This document shows positions 25,686-38,890 of a stretch of 64,000 nt of DNA, piece by piece. This DNA comes from Pseudogymnoascus verrucosus (taxonomy: Eukaryota). How positions within the stretch are numbered: the first letter of the stretch is position 1; every line of letters starts with the position of its first letter. The translations under genes were made by a program, and so were the position numbers. The notes under the pieces were generated by a model, which worked only from the letters and a program-made list of their open reading frames with translations, made no database searches and was not told where the DNA came from. The stretch is taken from NCBI GenBank assembly GCA_001662655.1, contig KV460234.1, one strand, 5' to 3'.

Positions 25686-26373
25686 CTAAGCAAGATTAGC
25701 ACGGTGAAGCTCCACCTTAGCACAACTGCTTGGGAGCTCGATATCGGCGTAGTAGTACTGCCAGAACAGCTGCGGAACACCGTGATACCAGTCGCACACT
25801 AAAACCACTCAGTCAGCCTTATACACATCTCATTCGAAGTCCGGTTCGACGTACCCAACCACCCCTGAAACTGCGGGTTACTAGAGATCAAACCGCTACC
25901 ATTGAACGAGAACCCCTCATCGCCGTAGCCGGCGTTGATTTGCGTATCCAACCTAGTTGATCATCAGTCACCGACACTCGAGGCCCCATGGAGGGGAATG
26001 TTCGGGGCACTCACCACCGGGTGTAGTATTGGTTGTAGGCAAGCTTGAGGCCGCTAGGGAATGTGGAGCCGGAGAGGTCGAACTGTTGGTACGTTCCGTT
26101 GAGGAAGGCGGCCGAGCCACCCTCGGAGACGAGGGCTACGTCGTTCAGGCCTGCGCCGGTGTGGTATGATTGCACTGGGAGGTTGTTAGGGGGTCTGGAC
26201 TTGTCGCTGTTGGGAGGGGGACGGGTGGACATACCGTAGAGGTTGTTCTTGGTGGCATCGCCGCTGACGACGGTGGTCTTTAGGCGGTATGGCTTCGTGG
26301 GGTTGCCTGTGGGGGGAGCTGCGGCTGCAACGCCGAGGACCGCGAGGAGGGTCGCGACGCGGGTAAAGAGCAT
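25686..26373 (-). CDS. Small secreted protein (resembles the DUF7907-type fungal family), 4 exons
   Basis: Signal peptide MLFTRVATLLAVLGVAAA. Spliced product contains YHTGAGLND, INAGYGDEGF, GWLVCDWYHGVPQLFW and PSSCAKVEL. Confidence 0.8.
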
Positions 26374-28003
26374 GTTGAGGTGGGGGGAGTTGATCACAGC
26401 TGGGAATGCGAGTCTCGAGAGAGTTCAAGAAATATGAGTTATAGAAAGTGAACAACGACGACTGATTACTACGAGATCGAGAACTGATGCAGAGCAGAAA
26501 GCAAACACCTACCGCCGCTATCTATTTATGAAGGCAAAGGGGATAAACAGAGACCACAATAATAGCATCATCGCCGCAGCTTGCGGTTACATTTCTCGTA
26601 TTCTAAGCGCATGTTGAATCAGGATCGGCGGATATAGTGGTTCATAGGGAATAGAGCGCGTCACGCAGAGCCTCGTATCTGCCAGCCTCCATTATCCAGA
26701 TTGTAAGACCTCACATAAGCGGGGTAACGTGCCCGAACACTGTTACTATGGGCAAACAGCAGGTTTTTGGTCTTCCCGATTTGCATATCGTGAACCCGAT
26801 GGGTGGAAAGGAATGATGATGTGAGAAATCTGTATGGGGGAAATATACGTAACCTGTACCAAACAACCAGACAAAACAAATGGATCTATTTATGATTTAT
26901 GAGATTGCCGAGGCACGGGACTGGGCACGGGGACTGGACTGGAGGTGCACGAGGGAATGCGAGCAGCAAACACAATAAACAAACACAAATTTCTGTGCGC
27001 CGTCGTTTCGTTTGAAGGGGTCTCCCTCGTCATCGAGTGGAATTGGAAATTCTCTTGATCTCGGGAAAATCGGGAACTCTTGTGTTTCCCTTTTCTATTC
27101 CTAATAAAATTCCCACTTTCTGCGTGTGTTTGCGGGCGCGGATGCTACTTATACTATCCAAATCGCGACTGGATGTGCTTGGGATCGTCGCCAGTAGCGG
27201 CGCAGCGGAGGAGAACAGGGAGGAACGTTTCAAAACAAACAAGCTAACACTGACCAACTGCCGAACTTGGAAGGCCGGTAAATACGCCAAAATGAGCTGT
27301 GCTAAAACTAAATCTACGATTTATGGCTGGCTGGTTGCTCTGTTTGAAACGAAAAATATGCAGTTCGCGCGATGGTGATCGATGGTTATTTCATGTAGTA
27401 ATACGAGGTCGATATAGCCAAGAAGGCAGTCATTGACACCGGAGATGCTAAAGGTGTGCCTTGGAACACAGCCATTAACGTCGGCAGATCTCACGGACGA
27501 GAAGTCTAATTGGGATGATCGCCCCTCTTGGGGGTGTGATTATATTTGTCTCCGCCTGTCGCTCGCCGTTGAGTTTCCGTCGGCTTGCTTCCGTCGTGAC
27601 CTATTTATCCAATAACGTGTGTAACATCGCCATATCCCCCCCAGCTTTGGGTTGCGTTTGCCCAATATAGCCTGTCTTCTCTAGAGCGCCTGCCTTGCAT
27701 CATGCATCGCGAGCGCGCCGTCGTCACCGCCAGCTCCCACACAAAGCGACGACATCACCTACAGTACAGGCCTCACGAGCCTACGAAACGGGTGACTCGA
27801 ACGGGCTCCCCGTCTCGAAATAGAGTGTTAAGGCCGGCCATCAAATTAGAGCTAGGAGCGGACGCAGGTAATAAGAAGCCGCGCCAACCCGGCGTCCGTA
27901 GCGTAGTAGTCTGTTGCAGATATGCTCACCTGAGCGTCCCAAACGGGCCGACTGGCTGCGTCTCTTTCTTCCTTTCCTCCAGTAGCTGGACTGACTGGAC
28001 GCC

Positions 28004-28851
28004 TTATCGCCAACCCCCAACCCTCCCCTCATCCCACCTCTCCTTCCTCTCCCTGCGCGAGTAGTAGAGGCGTCTCGCGTCGCGATAGCGGCGCACCCAC
28101 TCCGTGATCTCGCGCTCCGTAGCGACGGCGCCATCGCCTTCCAGGAAGCTTTCTTCCAGCGCCTGGCACACCATCTCCTGGTCCTGCACGCCGGAGCCCA
28201 GGCGCTGGTACAGGGATGATGGCGAGAATGGGGAGAGCGCTCGGTCCATATCTGATTGCTTCTGCCGCCATTGACGTTCCAGTGCATGAGCGGAGAGGAG
28301 CTGTGCTTGTGTTGAGGCCTGCAGATGCGATAGACGGGCCTCGACGTCGTTTAGATGAGATGCTAGGGCTATGTTCTCGCGCAGGGCAGCTTGTAGTGAT
28401 TCGTCCGAGGCAGAGGTGGAGGGGTGCGCGGTATCGCGGGAGTGACATGTCGCTGAGAGCAGCTCGGGCTTACGGAGAATCTCTTCGAGATCTTGAATAC
28501 TGAGCTAGTTAGCGGTGAGATCTTTATGCATATAGAATAAAGGAATGCATACGATTTGTCTTCTAGGATCTTTGGCAGCCAGTTAGGCCCTGGGTCTGGG
28601 ATGGCTTGTGGAGCACCTTGAGGGCCGACTTGTTCGGCGTAAAGTGGCCGTTCGGGCGTCGGAGGGGACGGTTTGGCCCCCAGCGGGGACGGTTGATGGG
28701 GGAATTGTGACAGCACAGGCGTACTTTGCCGGCTCACGTCTTCGCTGCGTGGCTTTGGCGGTGGCTTTGGCGGGACGTTGGGATCGAAAGATCCCGAGGC
28801 ACGGTGGTCCGCGTATGATGGGATGTCGTTTGAGGGGGTGTAGGCCGCCAT
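28004..28851 (-). CDS. VPS37: ESCRT-I Vps37/Mod(r)-domain protein, 2 exons
   Basis: Pro-rich N-terminus and C-terminal LEESFLEG..ITEWVRRYRDARRLYYSRRERKERWDEGRVGGWR, typical of fungal Mod(r) domains. Intron ~28550-28502. Confidence 0.78.
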
Positions 28852-31800
28852 GGTCAGGGTAGAAGCTGTACGAGTATCGCCGATGGGGGTATATTTCGTT
28901 AAATAAAGGCCAGCTTTATAAATAGCGAGGTTGAGGTGGTTAAGGGTTGCGGCTCATGGCGTTCTCTAGCCGCAGTACGTGCCAGGTTACGTGGGTGTGC
29001 GTATTTGAAGCCTTGGATCTGGTGCCCGCCCAGATCTAATCTAATCTTATCTTAACCGATCTGTACCCACGAATTTGAGAGTGACAGATGGATGTGCAAG
29101 CCTCCTTCAAAAGTACAAAACAATACAAATTGTGCAGAGCAGACTATTGCCTGTTTGCATGTATGGATCATGTAGCTTCTCAACGGAATACTCTCGAAAG
29201 TAGACCGAGCGCAGGCACACTGCATATACGACCTTGCAGCATTCCAAGCCTCCCGGTGGCATTCGGGCTGGTCCCTGGTATCGGGGAAATACTTTGGACC
29301 CGGCGGGTGCGATATGGGATTCATGAGGGAGTGAGCGGTCACCAGCGCCGAGAGCCTTGCATGGCATTGCGTGGCGCGGCATGGCAAAGCAAGGTATGGG
29401 CCTGCAATATCATCCTTTGTATGGATGGCATATTACTTACTAAGTTGTCAGTGCAATGTGACCAGCACGGCCAGTCCCTTCCTCGGGCGTACAAATGCTG
29501 TCGGCGGCTTGGTGATTTTTAAGGAGACAAGAAGCACGGCAGACAGGCCAGCAATTTTGCCACCTTTTTCCAATTCGCGATCACAGTGACGCCGACGATA
29601 ACGGCGGAACAAACCGATCCAAGCGGCAGAGGGTACTCCGATTCGGCCAATCTTTTGTTTCGTAATGTTTCTCCAGGATGGCCGAGCGTCTCCCCGAGCC
29701 GGAGTGGAGTGGTGGAGAGCCCAAGAAGGGGGAAGTGGGTTGAGTGGGGTTTGTATCTTCAATCCTGTTCCCTATCCGCGCCTTAGTTCCCTGTGTCTGT
29801 GTGGAGAGAAATGTCTCGGTGCGATATGTTTGGGTAGGTGTAGAGTACTATGCGTCAAGTACTCCATACTCTGGACATATTGGGGATATCGTCGAAGATC
29901 ACTCTTGCCTGGGTTTGCCTGGGTGTGCGAGGGTGTCCCCGGGTTCGCCTCCATTACCGTCCTAGGTCTAGGTGAAGCTTGAATCAAACGTGTATGATGC
30001 CGTGCTACACCTCGGAGTGTTGGAGGAGGCGCCGCTGGCGTCGCTGGACCGTCGATGAAGTATTGGTGGATTGTTGGTGTACTCGGAGTACTCCATTACA
30101 GTGCGTTGTACTGTCTCAGTCGTGGTACTATACTGCGCAGCGAACAGTCCATACAGTCCTGTCCTGCACAGTTGAGGCCGCACTCACAGGGATTAAGCGC
30201 ACCAATTTTCCGGAGAAGGGCCGTTTTGGTGAGAGGCAAGATGTGCGCACAGGGCAAGAACAAGGCCTTGGCGACAAGAGCGACCGAGGAACCACCACCG
30301 CCGCCACCATCCATCACCACCAATTCATCACGCACAACACGCGCTCGCATGTATGGATGCATTGTATGGACGGACTGATATTTTGAGCATTGATCTATCT
30401 GTTCGAGAGATCGGCCGAGATTGAGATGTGTGCATCTGGGAATGGAGCTGCCGAGCCCAATCAACACATTGCCACCGAGTTGACAGGAAGTAGCCGGTCT
30501 AGTCTGTTCGATGTCAACGCGTCCCTTCTCGGACTTCTCGGGGTTCTCGCCGAGAGCGGGAATAATGACACATTTGTGAAGCTTTGAAGGCCCTTCTCCA
30601 GTGTAAATACTGTGTGAACAAACTGCCGCTGTGATACCACTCTACTCTACTACGATGCGGAGACCTCAGGGTTCTGTGCTCGAGTTGCTCGAGTCACGAG
30701 AATAAACAAGGCCCTTCTATTTCACCGAGCGCCAATACGGATTACTATCGCGGACAATCCTGAGAGTGCAAAAGATATAGCCTAATCCATCACTGGCCTC
30801 TCCTCTCGTCCATGCGAGGCACAATAGAGCAGCCTGGCGGCGCACAGTGCTCCGTCTCTCAGGCCGCATCGAGCTGACAAGAAGGGTCTGGACAGCGAGG
30901 CGGGAAAGCTTAAATGCATCTGCGATACAACGAACGATGGATCCTCGCAGATGGCGATGTCTGGAGCGCCCGAAGAGGCAAGTTTGTCGTCGTTATCGGG
31001 CATGGCTTCTTGGGTGCGTGCCGTTGAATCTATCTGATAGATGGGCGCTGGGCCAGGTCTTGACTATTCTTGGCCGCTATCGCGTCAATCGCATGGCAAA
31101 TGACATGGATGGGATAGTTGGGAAGGGAAGGGGGTCGTCGTCGCGGGAAGTACCTCCTGAGTTGGGGGCGAGGTACTGTATGCACTGTGGGTGGATGTAC
31201 TGTGCATGTACATTCAATGGTTCTGACAGAGACGGGACATATCTCGCCCATACGGAATATCCGGCCCTTTTATCCATCACAGCGCAGTTAGCTGGTGATG
31301 AGGTCGGAGGAGATTCACCGAGTCACGAAGCCCACGAGAGGTCGGCCATCCTTCCCTAATAGTGGGGGAATATTATGAAGAGCAGGCCTTCGAGATCATC
31401 TGTTTGCCTCGTATTTCCCTTTCTCGGCCAAATATGAGAGAGACACGGACAGAGAAATAAAGAGGACCAGTGAGGCCATGTCGGGGGTAGAGTGAGACAG
31501 GCAGAGTACATACGGTGGTACCTGGAACTCCCCATATTGGGGATCATTTAGTGACATGGTCGACGGGGTTGACATGGTCTTGCCTCTTGTCTCCCCCCCG
31601 GATTGACAACCAGTCGGCGACACAAGGGCGAGTGTCGACCGTTCGTACGGCGTACTCATATCAAACAATTCTGTGCGTTCTTTGCCGCTCATACTCCATG
31701 GAGCACTCTACTCACATTCCAGTATCATATCCGGGTATTCACATGATGGCGTGGCGGTTATCGTCATGTTCCTGTTTTCTTGTCTACTTGGACTCGACTT

Positions 31801-32731
31801 TACTCCATGGGGATCATCGGTCCCTTGTCGAGACGGGGTACTTTGCCATTCGTTAGCCTTGCTACTTTACTCCGTACTGGTGGTAGTGGCGGCCTTTGAA
31901 CCCTTCGTCACTTGCTGATCCCTTGCCGGGTAAACTCTGGGTGACCGGCCTTATTGTGGAGAAATTCAAATTGGCGGCGGATGTGGTGTTTCTCCTCTGG
32001 GGCGCGATGGGGCGCGATGGGGCGCGAATGTGCTTACTTCACTAACTTTTTGGTACTATCCATATTCTCCATATTCTCCCAATATCCTCCATTCCCTATT
32101 GCTCTGTTGCTCCGGCCTGCAGCTCCCTATCACCAGTCTCCCCTATCACAGACGCCGTGTTGGCATTAATGCTTCAGCTTCAACCCCCTACCCCCCCCCA
32201 TGCGACCCCCCTACCACCCCCCATATCCCCCCCTACACACCCTACATTTACCCCCTACCACCACACAAAACTCACCCACCTAAAGTGCCACTGATGCTGC
32301 GAACTCGACTTCTTTTCTCCCTTATCCACTCCGCCATCACGTTCTACTAAACCCATTTCTTCATCCACATCCACCCACTCCGATACCCCATAGTCCCATA
32401 CTCAGTAGTCCCAATAATCGCTGGCGTACAGCACTAGAAAATAAAAAGGGTACTTACGAAGACCCACGAACCCTACAAATTGACTGTACGATGTATACTT
32501 CTTAAATGTACCTTTGGGTTGCAGTCGCTCGCTGGATCACGCACCTCACTACACTACAACACCCCCCACCCCCATCTGAACCAACATCGGCTCTTCTACT
32601 CCACGACTCCCACTCACTCTCTCCCCTCCCCCCCACGAACTTCCTCTTCTCGATCTATCTCCAACTATCGACCATCGACGACCATCTCGATCATCACCCC
32701 CTCCCCATTTGCGACTTGGGTTCGAAAAACT

Positions 32732-32871
32732 ATGATCTGGCAGCGATACACCATCAACAAACACTGCTCGCTGACGTCCTGAGTGGCTTCACACGCTTCT
32801 CTAGAGACGACGGCCCTCCCGCGATCCTGATGCTTCAGCACGACTGTCGCACCCCCATCTGGATGCCATAG
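32732..32871 (+). promoter_or_regulatory. Two upstream ORFs in the likely 5' leader of the F-box gene
   Basis: ATG 32732 to TGA 32782 (MIWQRYTINKHCSLTS). ATG 32830 to TAG 32871 (MLQHDCRTPIWMP), ending 16 nt before the main ATG. Confidence 0.45.
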
Positions 32872-32887
32872 GAGCCCGAAGCCGAGC

Positions 32888-34597
32888 ATGGATCCAAGTC
32901 ACATCACTGAGTTCGCCAGTCCGCGGTACTTTGAGAAGTTAAATTCGCTACACGATGCTGTCGACAATGCGAGCAACCCCCAGGCTGCTGACGCCGCCGC
33001 TGGCACGTCGCAGACCTCAACATTCAGCCTACCCATAAGGAACCCGCGCCCGCCGGGAGCGCGAAGGAGGAGAAGCGGCGATACCGATCGATCCGGGGAT
33101 GGAAAGAGGAGGCTGCTGGTGCCGGAGGTTACGTCGAAGGCCCCGAGGAAACCGAGCTTCACATCATCTCTTACGAACTTCAGGTTCAAGGTCTCGCATA
33201 AGGGAACGTCGCATCAAGTTGGGCACGAGTTCATCTTTGAAGAAGGGCCCGTAAAGCAACAGTGCGTTTGCTTTTGATTCCGGTATATCGCTGCTTTGCT
33301 AACGTTGACGTGTAGACTTACTCTCGGCGACCGATTCCTTGGACTTCCGAACGAACTTCAACTCCAGATTATGAACACCCTTCCCATGCCGACGGTTCTC
33401 AACCTCAGGCTTGTCTCGAGATCCTTCAATTCCTTTATTTCAATGAATGAGTCGCCCATATCGCGGCATCATCTTACCCACAGCGTCCCTCACTACGCCT
33501 TACGATTATACCCAGTCCCCGATTCGAAACTCTTCACCCTACATTACCTTTGCGGACTTTGGCACCGCCTTCATGTCGCATCTAAACTTGCAGACCTTAT
33601 CGCTGAGCATACGACTCAGGAAATATTCCTTCGCGACACCGAAGCAAAACGGCGCGAATTCGAACCGCAACATAAACGTATGCGGTTACGTTTAATGCCA
33701 TTACTATTTACTATGTTTCATTTCTTCGAAAAGTACCGAGAGCTTCACCTAAAACACCTGGAATCGAATGGAATACCCCTACGACATCAGCCTTTCACCT
33801 TGAACCCGATAGAGCGCCAGGTTATGAACATGTACGACGACCAAACACTACTTCAATTACACCAAGTCTTCCCGCTAGTCCTCTCATCCTTCTCTCGGCG
33901 CCTGCGACCTCCATCGTACGCCGGTAGACTGGAGCGTTCGATCAAGGGTTATTTAAAAGACAAGCCAGCCGATGAGATTTACGCGACGATAATATTAATA
34001 GGAGGTCTGCGGCAGGCAGAACGGTTTTGGGAGATGAAGGGATACAACTCGAGACGAGCAGCTGTCGACAGCTGGTACAGCTCCGTCACCCGGGAACCCA
34101 TGGAGGCCCCTCCCAAGTCGAGATTAGCCATATTAGGTCTCGGACGGAAGAAGTCTGTCACGTCTCACCCCGATGTCGCGGCTATGGAAGGGCTGTCGCT
34201 ACACGACCCGGGGAGTTGCAACGAGTGGGACTGCGTTCAGCCCGCTTGTATGGATGCACGCGCACACCGTACCCCTAGCCACACGATATTCCACACAAGC
34301 CTTGCCGCCGGGCCACCTATGAGCCCGCTGTCGCGTGATCAGTTAAGGCCGTTGCTCCTAGACCAACAGCCGTTGACGAACATCTGGCTTCACACGGCCG
34401 AGGCGCTCATCCTGGAGCGCGGGATAGTCGAGTGTTCCCTGAAGATTAAGAGGAACACTCAGGTCCTGTTGGAGCTGATCAAGGAGGATGGAGGCGTGGA
34501 CGAGGAATGGGCACCTGGATTGTCACAGGCCTCGCGGCACGCCTTACATCACCCTATTGGAGCTGGTGGTGCTTATTTGGGCGCACACGAGATGTAG
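32888..34597 (+). CDS. F-box domain protein, 2 exons
   Basis: Intron 33262-33315; F-box FLGLPNELQLQIMNTLPMPTVLNLRLVSRSF. Confidence 0.85.
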
Positions 34598-35197
34598 GGA
34601 AGCATTTATCAATGGCGTTGGTGTGAGCGTATATATAAGGAGCAGGGGCGTCGGTCTCGGTATTGAGGCATAGATATCATATATGATGTTGCCATGTTGG
34701 AGACGTATACTCCACTGGGAAACATGGTTTTTTTGGATGGATCATTGTAGCAGATCACTCCTTGTAGCAAACAGCTTTTGCTGGATGAAATGAAATACCT
34801 TTTGTTTGTCAACTGTTGACTCTATTGTTACTATGCTGGACTTGATGCGGATGAAGGTGAGTGATTGAGTGAGCGACTGAGCGACTGAGCGACGGATTTA
34901 TTTACATAACCATCCATCCACAGTTTCCCCAGCGCGTAACGCACATATATGCCTTAATTCGGACTCCTGTCATTTCTCTGAATGGGGCTCAATATTGATT
35001 GACCAGTGACGCACGAATCACAGCAGGTCGAGGCTGAACCCCCCAGCCCAGACCTAAGCGATGACCACCCGAGTGTGTTGTTCGCGATGACCCTACCCGC
35101 GCGCCCAGATAAGGGACCTCACCTCAAACTCACACTCCTCCACACGGCCACAAGGCATGGCGCCTCGCTCTCCCGCGCCCACGCCCACAACTTTGAA

Positions 35198-37975
35198 ATG
35201 GCGACAATGTCCGGGCTCCAGCCCAGCGGCATTGTCTCTTCGAACACCTCCTCCTTTGGCCAATTCCGCCTCACCACCTTCGTTGACGCGCATCCAAATC
35301 CCGCCTCCACCAACACCGGTGGAGTAGTCGCAAACGCCCCCGACAACAGCGCAGCTGCTTCCTTACCCCCCCAATCCTCCGCAATGGCAGCAAACACCCC
35401 CTCCAGCGACGCGCCTACACAGCTCCTGCGCCCCTCATCCAACCCCTCACCGAACCCCAGCGCCTCCCCCCTCGCCCCCACAACCTCCACCCCCTCAAGC
35501 ACCACCCACGCCGCCCCCTCCCCCGCGCGCCGCGCCCCCGGCTTCGGCGTCCTCGACCTCACCGCCCCCTCGACCGAGCGCTCTGGCAAACTCGGCGCCC
35601 ACCGCGACGGGCGCGTGCGCAACCCCGTTCCGCGCAAGCTGAAGGGGAAGACAGATCAGCGGAATGGGAATTTCGCCGTCATGCATATGGATATGTCCGG
35701 GTCGAGTGGCGGGGGGCGCATGGTGCCGAGGGGGGAGGCGGCGCAGAGGGCGAGCGAGAATACGGCGAAGGCGGCGAGGAGTATGTTGCAGGACTCGTAT
35801 AGGATGAAGAGGCGGCGCGTGGAGGGAGGGGAGCCGGCGGTGGTGCAGCAGCAGCAGGCGTATGTGGTGCCGAGTGAGCCCGCGCCGGTGGTGCAGCAGC
35901 CGGTGCATAGGACGCAGCCGATGTCCGCGGAGGAGACGAAGTATGAGCAGGCGAGGTTGTTGACGCTGTTGAGGAGTATTAGTCCGTTGGCGGTGGTGGA
36001 TCAGATGTGCAAGGCGCTTGCGTTCTTTGGCGGGATACCGGGGGCGCCGGCGCCGGAGGACGAGGCGTTCCCGGCGAGCGAGGATGCGAATGGGAGTGGT
36101 GCGCTGTTTGTGGGGTGGCTGTCGGAGATTTTTCCGGAGCTGGAGAGGAAGGTGTGGAGGTCGAGTGTGGGGGGGGGAGGGGCGAGGGGGAAGAGGCCTA
36201 GGGGCAGGCCGAAGGGGAGTAAGGCGTCGAAGGTTAGGAAGGATAAGGGGATTAAGAAGGGGCCGAAGGATGGGGGGAGGGAGGGGGAGGGAGGGGCGGG
36301 GGCTGAGGTAAGGGCTGTGTCAGTGGTGGATGAAGATGAGGATGCGGATGCGGATGGGGCGGATGATGAGTGGGTTGATATTGGGGAGTCGGAGTCAATA
36401 CTACATGATAAGGGATCTGGACAGACTGGGGCGAATGCCTCTGGCGCGTTTGTCCCTGTCAATTCTACGGGCACGGGGATAATCGAGCTCGAACCCGAGG
36501 AATCGAACGAACCCGAGCCGTTAGATCCGCCAGCAACCGCGAATATCGGGAAGAGGAGACCGGGACGACCGCGGGGCTCTCGCAATCGCCCGAAAGAGAA
36601 GGATGCTGAAGGGAATGAGGTTCCTGCTGTTGAGGTTTTTTCCCTCAATCAGTCCTCTGCCGCGTCCACGAGCAGCCCTGTGATGACCATGCAGTCTGCG
36701 AACTCGCAGACGCCGACGTCACAACCGAAGCGCAAAGCAGGTCGTCCTCCAGGCTCAAAGACCAAGCCTAAGGAAACGCCTATACTGCCAACCAGCGTCA
36801 GCCCGACGCTAGCTAGAAGCAATCGCGCCGCGGTTAGCCAAACTGCAACTCCAACAAACAATATCGCTGCTGCTGTGCCCCAAGGCCTAAGCGCCGAGGA
36901 GCGAGCTGTCCTAGAGGCCTACCGCAAGTCCAAGACTAGCGAGACTCCTGTCCCTGCACCTACCGCAAAGCCAGTTGAGAAACGAAAACGTGGGCCCCGG
37001 AAGTCGAGCAATGGCTTTACCGTGGAAGATGCTGTTACCGTTCCTGCTCCTCCCATTCTGCCACCACAGTCTACCATCACCCCACCAGTGGCGCCGCAGC
37101 CAAATGAGCCGTCGAGAGCAAACTCCCAACAGGCGACGCCGAAGAGCGCCTCTGCGGGCCCGGCTGCAAAGCGTCACCGGAAGTCTAAAGACCTTACCAC
37201 AGCAACTTCAAAGACGAGTGTGGCACAGGACACGACGATTCTCAAGTCTACACCCACGCCTACCCCGGCGTCGGCACCGGTAGCAAGAGCCATCCCTGTC
37301 ACCAGCTCGCAGAGACCCGTCTCTGTGCCTAGCACCACGGTGTTCTCGTCTCTCCCCGTCGCATCTGAGCAAATCATAACGCGAGCTCCTGCACAAGGAC
37401 TCCAAGCGCACTATAATCACTTCACCAGTATACAACAACAGCAACAGCAACAGGCACAGGCACAGGCACAGAAGCAACAACAGCAGCAACAGCATCAGCA
37501 GCAACAACAGCAGCAACAACCCCAACAACTCGACCCCCGCCACGACCCGCACCTCCTAACTCGCACCTCCCCCCTCCAAACCCCCTTCTACCAACCCCAC
37601 CACCCCCAACCACAACCGCAAGCACGCCACATCCCCACCCCCTCCCCCTCACACTTCACACACTACCAACCCCAACAAGCCGCCCGCACCTACCACTCCG
37701 GCACCAACCAATCGGCGATGGATCCTTACCGCGCCGCCGCCGCCGCTGGCCAGCAACAACAGCAGCAGCAGCACGCGACGTTCTCGCCAAGACAGCAGAA
37801 CCCAAACCAGCAGCAGCAGCAGTTCGCGCATTATACTGAGGCGTCGTTTATTGATCTGCCTGCGCTGGAGGAGGGGGGGACGGGGGAGGGGGGGTATGGA
37901 GCGGGGGGAAGGGCGAATGGGCAGGTACAGGGACAGGGGGGGTTTGGGGGAGGGGGGATGGGGAAGTGGGTATGA
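35198..37975 (+). CDS. AT-hook, low-complexity nuclear protein with a poly-Q tail (start codon uncertain)
   Basis: AT-hooks KRPRGRPKGSK, KRRPGRPRGSRN and KRKAGRPPGSK. Folded-looking segment EQARLLTLLRSISP..GWLSEIFP; CAA/CAG tracts. Confidence 0.78.
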   Translation: MATMSGLQPSGIVSSNTSSFGQFRLTTFVDAHPNPASTNTGGVVANAPDNSAAASLPPQSSAMAANTPSSDAPTQLLRPSSNPSPNPSASPLAPTTSTPSSTTHAAPSPARRAPGFGVLDLTAPSTERSGKLGAHRDGRVRNPVPRKLKGKTDQRNGNFAVMHMDMSGSSGGGRMVPRGEAAQRASENTAKAARSMLQDSYRMKRRRVEGGEPAVVQQQQAYVVPSEPAPVVQQPVHRTQPMSAEETKYEQARLLTLLRSISPLAVVDQMCKALAFFGGIPGAPAPEDEAFPASEDANGSGALFVGWLSEIFPELERKVWRSSVGGGGARGKRPRGRPKGSKASKVRKDKGIKKGPKDGGREGEGGAGAEVRAVSVVDEDEDADADGADDEWVDIGESESILHDKGSGQTGANASGAFVPVNSTGTGIIELEPEESNEPEPLDPPATANIGKRRPGRPRGSRNRPKEKDAEGNEVPAVEVFSLNQSSAASTSSPVMTMQSANSQTPTSQPKRKAGRPPGSKTKPKETPILPTSVSPTLARSNRAAVSQTATPTNNIAAAVPQGLSAEERAVLEAYRKSKTSETPVPAPTAKPVEKRKRGPRKSSNGFTVEDAVTVPAPPILPPQSTITPPVAPQPNEPSRANSQQATPKSASAGPAAKRHRKSKDLTTATSKTSVAQDTTILKSTPTPTPASAPVARAIPVTSSQRPVSVPSTTVFSSLPVASEQIITRAPAQGLQAHYNHFTSIQQQQQQQAQAQAQKQQQQQQHQQQQQQQQPQQLDPRHDPHLLTRTSPLQTPFYQPHHPQPQPQARHIPTPSPSHFTHYQPQQAARTYHSGTNQSAMDPYRAAAAAGQQQQQQQHATFSPRQQNPNQQQQQFAHYTEASFIDLPALEEGGTGEGGYGAGGRANGQVQGQGGFGGGGMGKWV

Positions 37976-38412
37976 AGGGAAGGGGGATGAAGGGGTGGGG
38001 AGGTGGGGGGATGGGGGGGTGAGAGGTGACGGGATATGCGTAATGGTAACAGTGTGGTATGATTTCGATGTTACGGGATGGAAGGATCTGGGATGGATGG
38101 GATGGATGGGATGGATTGGGATTGGATTTTTTTTTTCACGCCTTGTTTAGCGGATTGAGCGATATGAATTAATGACAGACGGACGAACGAACATACTACT
38201 GGGGACACACGCGGGTATTATGGATGGGATAGGGTCAGGTTGCTTTGCTTCCATTTAGCGGCATAGCGAGAACAATAAATGGGAAGAGGTTCGAGTTTCT
38301 CAGATGCTGGTTTTAGTGTTTTTGTGTGATATCCGTTTACCACATTCGTACCCTGAATGCACTGGCATTTTAAAGGCCTCTTGCCAAAGCCACTGATGGA
38401 TGCCACTTGTGT

Positions 38413-38890
38413 TCAGTCATCGCTTTTGAATATCCATTCATCAAAGATCTTCCCAACCCCCTGCCAATCCCCCTCTTTCGTCCCTGCTTTCTTGCGCGGA
38501 ACGAACTCCACTATTGAGCCCCCGCCGAAATCCACAACCCACGCGTTGAAGCTGGTATCGATGACAATATTCCCCGGATGAACATCGCCCCACACAAGAT
38601 CATGGGCGTGTAACTGCGTGACCGTATCGGTAACTTGCTGCTTCCACTTTGCATGGTGTTCTGAAGCTAAGGCGGTGTTTTTGTAGCTGTATAGGGAGGA
38701 GTCGGTTGAGGGGATGAGGTCGAATAGGAGACCGATGGTCATTTTGGTGTCGGTGGATACTACGATGCTGTGGAGTTTGGCTATGTTGAGAGTGCCCTGT
38801 AGCCCGGCTTGATGGATACGTAGATGCATGTCTACTTCTCGCAGGAGCTGCTTTTTATTAAGTGCTAAGTGAGAAAAGTACAGCTTCAGT
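38413..38890 (-). pseudogene. 5'-truncated protein kinase-like gene fragment
   Basis: LHAHDLVWGDVHPGNIVID..VVDFGGG catalytic loop and DFG-like motif. The frame fades upstream into AT-rich DNA with no N-lobe. Confidence 0.65.

Noticed and set aside
29050..32400. Many 60-170 aa ORFs in the long intergenic region
   Set aside because: Overlapping, mostly non-ATG starts, with no codon bias, splice pattern or domain signature.
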